Source: Eledone cirrhosa (lineage: Eukaryota). From it: 64,000 nucleotides of DNA. The notes under the pieces are model-generated. The model had not been told where the DNA came from. It saw only the letters and a list, made by a program, of their open reading frames with translations, and made no database searches. The stretch is taken from assembly GCA_964016885.1 (NCBI GenBank), contig OZ024741.1:379316001-379380000 (forward strand), written 5' to 3'. The first letter of the stretch is position 1, and every line of letters begins with the position of its first letter. Made by a program: the position numbers and the translations under genes. Positions 54,693-64,000 of this stretch are shown here, in pieces.

Positions 54693-56371
54693 TTATATAT
54701 ATATATTTATATATATATATTCACATATATACATACATATATATATATATATATACATATATATAAATATATATATATATACGAAATTAACAAATGGAAA
54801 CTATATTTATAAAACCATATTTATTTCATTATACATATTTCAAGGACACCAAGTTAAATTGTGGTGTGATTTCATGAGGTAAAATATAATATAGATCAGT
54901 TTTATAAATAAATATTGACATACCCTTAAAGAATGCAACCATTGCTGTTGGAAGATCCCGGATAGATACGAGAGGCTAAACATTCTAATTTAGTCCAGAA
55001 ATAGCCGTCGAAATGGATTGAGCTCTGCCGTCGGTGTCATACTGTTTCCTATTTCCCACACTACTACCCTATGTATTGAGTATATATATATATATGTAAA
55101 TGTATAAGTGTATGTAATTTAGAAAGAATTTATGCCTATGTGTTTGTGTATTAATTTATGTAAAAGAAACTGATTGTTTCGTTCAGCATTCCATGTTTCT
55201 GATGGGTAATTTGTCCATTTTGTCTAAACACATGAAAATAAATGAATGCATGTGAATAACGATGTGTGCATTTCATTAAAAAAAAAACACACTCTATTGA
55301 CTCTCTAATAAAATTATTCTGTCGACAACCCTCATTTTTTATGTAAAGAAGCCGTAGAACGGCATATCCTTTTGAAACATGAAGTCAGTAGGTTTCAGCT
55401 ATTCATAGTTATTAGTTTAAGAAGGCGACGTAAGTCGATTTGTATGATTTATGAAGTAACAATAAAATGAGTGGATTTTTTTTGTTTGTTTTTTCATTTC
55501 AAGTGACAGAAATAACAAGCGCATGGACTTATTTCATAATGAGACTTTATGGTTAGTGTTAAAATTTTCGTCATTCTCAATTGGTGAAAATCCCTATATG
55601 TTGTAGCTTTTAAGCCTGAAGTAGAAACACCGTTCTGATTGTCTCTAGGTTCTTTTAGACACATTTCCATGATGAGATGTCTAACCCGAGTAATTAGAAG
55701 CGAATGAACTTTGCTGAAAGCACCTAAATGTCAACTAGAGATGTTTTCCTTGGGAAGAATTGAGTGGCTGCTGTCAAAATCGATAGGACATCAGGCAATG
55801 AAGTTCTTTAGATAAACACGCACATACAAACACACATAGCCACATTCACACACACCATAATATATATATATATATATATATAAACAACCACATGAATTGA
55901 AGCATGTATAGATAGATACGTTTATATAAAACACACTGACAAACATAAATACATACATACATTAACATATCATACATACATTCATACAGAACAGTTGACG
56001 AAGAAATTTCATGATAAAATAATAGGCTAGAAAATGGGGACTTAATACAAAGGACGTACGTTGATATTAGGTATTGGATTTTTTACCCGGTGTACACAAA
56101 TATTTAAATCGGTGTATGATTAAAACGTCAAAACAAAGGAGAGATTTACAACAAACTCATTAGTATAAATATTACATTCAGATGTTGTTTTTACTATAAT
56201 AATTACGTGTACAAAATCATGTTTGTCTGGAATCAACAACTAATCTCCAATAAAATTATCTCATCCCTTACCAAGTAGTTTAGATTTTGAAACGATATTA
56301 TATAGATAGAGACATAGGTTTAAGTCCGAGATTCAATGTAGAGTTATGGAAGTTTAAGCTGCACTAAAGAC

Positions 56372-56555
56372 ATTGGCAGTATCGGTGCAGGGTCGGATGC
56401 CATGCTTTAAAGCATAGAGTTACCGCCCTTTATGATCTGAGTTCAAATCATGCCGAGTTTAAATTTCCCTTTCATGTTTACGGGGTTGATAAAATAAAGT
56501 ACCAGTAATTCACTGGTTTAATTGTTGGCATTGTGCCAAAAGTAGAAACAATTAT
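56372..56555 (+). mobile_element. Octopus-type tRNA-derived SINE
   Basis: Homologous to 22648-22835. B-box GAGTTCAAATC. Confidence 0.8.
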
Positions 56556-57249
56556 TAAGACTACTGTCTTTGGTATAGGCTGAGTGGATCACACACGATG
56601 AAGTTACAAAATAACACTATTCTAGGAGACTTGTCAGCGTTCAACCTAACGAATATGTTTATGATTTACGTGGCATAAATGATGATAAAGGAAAGGATGG
56701 TTATGAACATGGTTGTAGTGGTATTTGCGTTGATGAGGTACGTTTTTTATACCCTGTGAAATAATAATTAGCATTGATAGGATTTTCATGGCATAGTTTT
56801 ATTTCATATATATCTTAACGTGTCCCTTTCTCTATCTCTCTCATTATATATAACTGTGTTTGTGTGTCTGTGTGTGTGATTTATTCCGTGAAAGTGCACA
56901 AAGAAATCCAATTACGTAAAACAAACAGTCGAAATTGCCACCTCGACAGTCACATTACAAGTTGGCAAATTCAAGCATGGGGATAAATAAAAATAGATGA
57001 AACACTATACAATGAAGAGAACGGAGGAGTCAGGCAAATAGAAACGCAGTAAAAGTCAGAATGCATCAAGCCTTTACACGAAATCACACACAAACGCACA
57101 CAGTCACACACACAAACGCATACAGTCACAAGCACAAATACACACACACAGACACATACGCAGACACAAACACAGACACACACACACGCACGCATACACA
57201 CGCACACATACACATACACACACACACACATATATATCTATATATATAT

Positions 57250-57930
57250 AAATTGAATAGAATGAAGCGAAATTTCATTTTTCACTCATAGTACGGTACT
57301 TACTTAAATGTCAGTATGTATGTATGTATACGTACATACATATATGTATACAGACGTACAGTAGTATGTATATATATACACACATGCACACATATATATA
57401 TATATATGCAGGTATCCGTTTACCGAACATTTATTATAATGCTCGGTTTGTTTGTTTGTAAACAAACAAACAGCCCCGATTACGCCGTACAGTGTTTAGG
57501 CAACCTCGTCACCTTTTTGTTCAACACTGACACTGAAACGGTGTACTAGTTTCCAACCCATTAGCATCGTCAGCATCGTATACCTTCCTGTCAGATGGTT
57601 GAACGTCTGAAAGTAAATACTTTCCTTATATACTTTAAGAAGTTCAACCATATGGCAGGAAGGTATACCATGCTGACGATAGCTAATAAGCTTGAAACTA
57701 TTACATCGTTCATGTGTCAGTGTTGAATAAAAAGGTGTCGCGGTTGCCTAAACACTGTACGACGTAATTCGGGCTGTTTATTTTGTTTACAAACAAATAA
57801 ACCGAGCATTATAATAAATGTTCGGTAAACCGATACGTGCATATACATGTGTGCATATGTGTATATATATACATACTACTGTACGTCTGTATACATATAT
57901 GTATGTACGTATACATACATACTTACATTT
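57250..57930. mobile_element. Foldback of the 420-bp HHR family
   Basis: Arms are inverted about 57630. HHRs at about 57539-57578 (-) and 57668-57708 (+). Confidence 0.82.
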
Positions 57931-57939
57931 ATATATATA

Positions 57940-58470
57940 TTGGTAAAAGGAAAAGTAAATGCTGACAAATTGTTCCCAGTGAAATATAGTTTAATAAGAA
58001 TAAGTAAAAATTAGTAATAAGTATTGGTTAGTATTCAGTTTTGCTTATAAGTTTTTACCGGTTGCGCATTTGTAATGTTTTTCAAAAATAATTTTGAGAT
58101 AGAGCGCCCGTGATGTTTGCTCTAATCTGATTAGTTTTGGAAATTCTACCTGTTTTACGTGAAAAAAGTGGCTCCAGATGTATTAAAACAAGGTTCGCGC
58201 CAATTCGTGTTGCAAAAATTATTGTGGTCAAAACAATTTTAATTGGTCGGTAGAGGTCATGTGAATGTTAAAAATTGATTTTGCGCCAAATGTAGGTTTG
58301 TCTCGGCTGATTGAGAAGTCACTGAAAAATAAGTATTTTAAGAAAAATATGTGTGTTTGTGTGTAGTAGTAAAGAGGTTCATTGTTGTGATAATGGTCAG
58401 TAGGGATGTGTGTGAATTGCAGTCATGTTAATAGGTCAACAGTTCAGGTGCCTATTAAGACAAGTGTGTG

Positions 58471-58505
<35 letters not shown>

Positions 58506-60530
58506 CAGAGTAATTCGTGGTAGAGGGATCGGACAGTAGGAATGTGTCTGTACGTGTGTGGGGGATATTTTAACATGTTAAAAGATATTTTTCAGCTCTT
58601 GTCTTATACGGTGAAGTGTGTGTGTGTGTGGTATATATATGTGTGTGTGTATATGTGTATGTGTGTGTGGGGGGGTACCAGTATTTTTGTGATACTGGTA
58701 AAAATGGTGTACATTATTCGATATTTTCGGTAAAAACGATTCTCTCAATAGAACATCAAAAACCTTAATAATAAAAGGTGTGGAATGATATATAGTATTG
58801 TCATAACACCAAGGTGTGAGTGAGTGTTCAGATTGTACGTACTGAAAGGGGAATCCATTAGGCCCTGCCGTATTAGAATACTTGTGTACAAATACGTATG
58901 TGGCCATTAGTGTGCGTATATGTATGTGTGTGTGTCGGCACGTTTATATCTATAGACATCAAAAGGTATGCAAATTTGTGTATATTTGTGTTGCACCATA
59001 GAACATGTGTGTTTACGTATGTCATTGTGTTTATATGTGGACAGAGATGTGTGTAGGATGTATGCTGATGTCGGTATGTATGTTGACTTATGTATGTCGT
59101 GGGTTCGTCTTAGGGAGAAGTGTTTAGACGGGGTCCGTATTTGTTAATAAAGTGAGATTCCTTGCGGATGCGATGGGTGTGAGTGGCATTATCTTTAAAT
59201 TTGTAGAGGGAAAAGATTCTGAAGTTGGGATGATTTTGGGCGGCACACGTGTTCACTCAGTGGTATTTTCCCGTATTCCCGTATTTTAATTTGGGATCTA
59301 TGGACAGTCATGCGTTGGCAGAGGCTGTTTTTGGTCTGGCCTATGTATTGTTCTCGACAACCTGAGCAAGTTAATACATATATTAGATTTTCTGATGCGC
59401 ATGTGAAATTGTGTTTTACTATAAAACGTTGTCCTTCTTTGACATATAATTCCGAACCCTCTATTAAGTTGATGCATATGCCACAGATGGCTCTATCGCA
59501 TTGTTTTACTGTGAGTTTCGTTGTGTGGTTGGCAGTGGTAGTTCTTTGGCATGTGTTAGGGTGTTTTTCATTGACTTAGATTGTCTTTTGCTCTTTATGA
59601 TATCGTGTGTTCGTAGGATTTGGTTCATTCTATGGTCCTTTTTTAACACAGGGATGTTCTGGAGGATGGTGTCAAAGGCCTCATTGTTGAGGGGGTTTTG
59701 TGTGGAAATGTATGGAAGAGCTTTTAGTTTCGGTTGATTTACTTTAGGGTGTCTAAGGTCTTGGGTACTGAGTTTTAGGGAACGTTGGATTCCTTTGTCA
59801 ATTAGTGATGCATGATAGTCCCTGCCTATGAGTGTGTCCTTTAGTTCTTGTAGCCGGAAGTAACAGGTGTTTTTATTGGAGACTACAACACAGATTCTCT
59901 TGGCTAAGTTGTAGGGAATATTAATTTTAACGTGTCTAGGGTGGCAAGAGTTGAAAGGAAGATATTGTTTGGAGTCTGTGGGCTTGTAGTATATGTCTGT
60001 TTCTATTTTTTTGTTATGAATCTTAATGAGGATGTCGAGGAAGGGGAGTTGTTGATGGCTGTATTCCATCGTGAAGTTAATATTCGTGTTTAGCCCATTT
60101 ATAAGGGTGTGAAATGCTTTAAGTTTCTCGATGTTTTCGTGCCAAAGGATGAAGCAGTCATCTAGATATCGCTTCCAGTTCCTTTCTATGTGTAAGTGGA
60201 GAGTGTTTCCAAATTTGTTTAGTACTTTAGTGTAGAGGATGATTTCCAGGTATCCCATGACTAGGTTGGCATAAGTGGGGGCTGTTTTCGTTCCCATAGC
60301 GCTCCCAGATTTCTGCCTGTACGATTTGTTATTGAAAACGAAGTAATTGTTCTCCAAGGTAAATTTGAGTACCTCTATCACGAATTCTTTTTTGATGCGT
60401 TGTGGGAGTTCATTGTGGTAATTATCCAGCCAGAATTGGATAGCTTCTATTCCTAGGTTGTGGGGTATGTTGGAGTATAGGTTGACTACATTGAACGTCA
60501 CTAGTGGGGTTTGTTCAGAAAGGGGCATAT
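57940..60530 (-). mobile_element. Neptune-type PLE, 5'-truncated (same family as 38362-40828); coding part 59110-60528
   Basis: 340-aa ORF with NLYSNIPH, SAMGTKTAPTYANL, WKRYLDDCF, LPFLDI, YKPTDSKQYL and SCHPRH, then a frameshifted GIY-YIG. pLTR with variant HHR at 58052-58090. Confidence 0.9.
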
Positions 60531-60879
60531 TAGGGATGTTTTGTTTACATTAAAAAAAAATTCAGTAAGCTGTAATTAGAATTACTTCCATGTGCTAATC
60601 TATATATTTCAATATATGCCCAATTACTTTTATATGTAATTATTTAATTATTAATTAATGTTATACAGTTAATATTATATAAATAAACTAATATCAACAG
60701 TTATGTCAATCTTTTTCTTACAGTTAGTACAACATATATGTTCTATATTATAATAGGGCCTAATCAATTCTTAAATTCTTTAGTATAGTTAGTAAATTAT
60801 AATTGCCATACACAAAGTTCAATCACGAGAAAAGTAAAGAGGGAGCTATACCCACCCTTCCAGTATATATGTCAGATCA

Positions 60880-62860
60880 TAGCATTTATTTGAGAATGAA
60901 TATTAAATGCGATGTATACAATCCATCATGAATTCATTTCTGTCATTAATTAGGGTAGGTGAGGACTGTATGATATAGAAAGCCTCTATGAGATTAAAAT
61001 TACAATTACATTTTTGTCTTGTAATTATAAGAGGTGGCTCTATGAATATCATTCCAATTAATTGTATATTTAATTCAAGTAATATAATTAGTTTGAGATG
61101 TCGAGTTCCTTATTTTTTTTATTTTTAAAAGTGTGATAAGAGAACGAAAGCTAGTCTTACATTTACAAGCAGTAAGGCCTACGTATGATTTTGTGCAATC
61201 ATATGTGGTCACTGTACATTTGTATATTACATTAAAAAGACAATAACCACGTAGTTGGCAGTGATCCGTAGCCCTACAATTACTATTCGTTTTCCAGGTA
61301 GGTGAATTAATGATAGGACAATTTAATTCACTAAGACCATTATTAGCTGGTCTAGTATGTTTAGAGGTATCTAAAGCATTAATATTATCCCTACAGTTTG
61401 AGTAATGTGTTCCGGAGTACACCATTCTTATCATTCACAGGTGTTCTAAATTAGGGATAATATTAATGCATTAGGTATCTAATGCATTAATATTATCCCT
61501 ACAGTTTGAGTAATGTGTGCCGGAGTACACCATTCTTATCATTCACAGGTGTTCTAAATTAGAAAATGTATTATGGTTACTCAAGACAATATAGCCTGCT
61601 ACGTTTGGAGTTGTAAAACAAGAAATTTTAAAATGTTCCTTATTATTTAATTCATTATATTTATGTTTCGACTGGAGGTTTTTCTTTGTAAAATGATAAC
61701 AAAATATTTTAGAAATATTAGAATCATGATATCTTGAGTAAGATGGATTATAACAGGAAATATTTCTCTTACGTCTTCTAGCTCACTTTTACTTATGTCT
61801 ACAGTCTAACATGTTATGTGGGTCAATTCCGTTGTTATCATTAATTTTATCAAATTTTAAACTACTAGTAACGTTATATATAGGTTGTGTCGTTACGAAT
61901 TTAGAAACATTATTAAACTTAATTCTGGCCGTGGATTGGCAGTATCGGTAGAGGGACAGACGCCATGCTTTGACGCATAGATTTAGGGCCCTTGCCATTC
62001 TGAGTTCAAATCCCGCCGAGGTTAACTTTGCCTTTTATCCTTACGGCGTCGATAAAATAATATACTTAGTAATGCACTGGATAATTGCTGACCGTGTGCC
62101 AAAAAGTAGAAACAATTTTTAAACTTTATTCTAAAATTAATGCTAGCTGTACGACGTAAGCCATCACCTTTATTAATTTTATATGCAGGGTATATGTCAA
62201 GTTTTGCAACTTTATTTCGTGGTACTGCATTTAGTTTGCTAGGTATATATGTACTAATTAGGGCACTATTTACAAATTGATTATTTTCGTTGCAGTTACT
62301 CTTACAATTATCTCGATTCTTAGATTTATAGGTTTTACTCAGTGTAAATATATTATTGTTACAGAGTTATCATATATTATTGGGGATATAAAATATTTTA
62401 TGAACGTATCCTGATTTAGATAATGACTCAATATAATATCCTGCAATATCATTGAACAATTCTTCAATAGTAGAAAATCTGGAAATTGTATATGAGTCAA
62501 TTTTTACAATAGAGTTAAGAATGGACGGAGGGTGATTAGAAAACTTACTTACATATAAATGAATCTCACCTTGCTTATGTTAACGAGGGTAAAACCATGT
62601 GGCTAACTCTAATGTTACACCTAAGAACGTAACTTTTTTATGATTAGATTCTATGGTAATAAAGAGACCATAGCGTTTAAAGAATTTCTATAGATGCCAA
62701 TTAAGATTTTCCATTCTACGAGGGTTATAATTATTAACCGTAAACAAAGCGTCATCTCTGTATACCAGTCCCCTGCAAGAATGTTTTTTCCTCATTTAAT
62801 TTCTAAAGGATATAAATCCCATCTAGATCATTAACCTTGTCAGAATCGCATTGCGTATCA
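60880..62860 (-). pseudogene. Old Naiad-type PLE fossil
   Basis: YRDDALF (about 62750), FNDIAGYYIESLSKSGY, RRRKRNISCYNPS (about 61750) and NCRATDHCQLRGYCL.NVIYKCTV....KSYVGLT. Confidence 0.8.
61927..62117 (+). mobile_element. Octopus-type SINE nested in the Naiad fossil
   Basis: Homologous to 22648-22835. Confidence 0.8.
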
Positions 62861-62997
62861 AAATTTTTTTTACCCTGTAGAATTAATTATTAATTTTAAT
62901 GCTTTTCAAAAATAATGTTGAGATAGAGCGTCCGTGATGTTTGCTCTGATCTATATATACGCATACATACACACGCATACATACATATATACATATA

Positions 62998-63050
<53 letters not shown>

Positions 63051-63364
63051 TAAAATAACAGATTAATGTTTAAGCAAAGAATCGCTGCTTTCACCCTTAA
63101 CGGGATCTTCTGAAACTAACAAGTCAATATGTGAACGCAGAAGTGAATATTTCAAAAAACGTTGCAACCGGAGGAAGACAGGAAGACGATACTTTGTTTG
63201 TGGAAACGTTCCCTGACAAAGAACGGGAAAAAACGAATATAATACGTCATTATTTGGAGCGGTGAAAAACAATTACGCGCAAAGACAAAACCATGTTTAT
63301 GGTATAAAAGAAGTTGTAGACTAATATTCTCTTAGGTAGTTCATAGAGACGTTATCTGGCAATG

Positions 63365-63640
63365 AACGTTTTTTCAACACTGACAAAGGAAAGCTGTACT
63401 AGTCTCAAGCTTATTAGCTATCGTCAGCAACGTATACCTTCCTGCCAGATGATTGAACGTCTGAAAGTGTATATTTCCTTGTGCATATTAACGGCTGAGT
63501 AGCCCAATTTGCATATTGAGTGGGTTAATCGGCCGGATGCACCGAAAACGATAAACGGAAAAAAATGAAACCATACTTATATTTAAGTAACAACCGTACT
63601 AAGAGTGGGAAATTAAATTTCGTTTCATTTTTTTCGTTTA
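63365..63640 (-). mobile_element. Fragment of the 420-bp HHR family with short inversion
   Basis: Matches 19535-19735. HHR at about 63393-63432, with GAAA mutated to GAGA. Confidence 0.78.
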
Positions 63641-63671
63641 TATATATACATCTATATATCTATATATATAT

Positions 63672-63710
<39 letters not shown>

Positions 63711-63714
<4 letters not shown>

Positions 63715-64000
63715 TCTGAATTTGTTTAGCAAGATTCTTTATCTGAAAATGTGTGTTGAAACCGATATTGTTATACTTTGGGAGGGTCATGTTGCCAATA
63801 AGAAACACACGCACCCATAGCTTTAACTCCAATTTATTATAAATAAAATTAAAAAATTTAAGAATTTATAAATTTCCGTTTGGTTGGTTGGTTCCACAAT
63901 CGAACGGTTGTTCATATATTGTCAAAGTTATTTCGTCACACATTATGTGACCTTTTCAGTGACTGGGGATTATTTCTTTGTTTTATGCCTCTCCTTTGTT
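63711..64000 (-). mobile_element. PLE-type end (related to 42051-42120) with degenerate HHR at 63921-63963
   Basis: Minus strand reads gtca-CTGAAAA-ggtcaca..tgtgac-GAAA-taac-TT-tgac. Confidence 0.5.

Overview
AT-rich, microsatellite-dense eukaryotic DNA. It is most likely an octopus (coleoid cephalopod), judging by three copies of a tRNA-derived octopus-type SINE. I can support no host protein-coding gene, and most ORFs in the track are microsatellite read-through. The window is dominated by Penelope-like retroelements (PLEs) inserted in (TA)n tracts: one full-length degenerate Naiad-type element, a young 5'-truncated Naiad, an old Naiad fossil and three Neptune-type copies. Around them sit many non-coding PLE-like elements. 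The ends of these elements carry about a dozen unrelated type-I hammerhead ribozyme (HHR) motifs. Several show recurrent core variants (U3-A8, A4, C13, very long stem II). Three small non-coding HHR families repeat in tandem with periods of about 420, 541 and 593 bp, and are candidate retrozymes or circular RNAs. Most insertions are foldbacks with both 3' ends facing outward into (TA)n, and several inversion junctions fall inside the ribozyme. Also present: an LTR element inserted into a hammerhead, RTE LINE fragments, two Tc1/mariner fossils and probable Helitron derivatives. All coordinates and structures were read by eye and are approximate.
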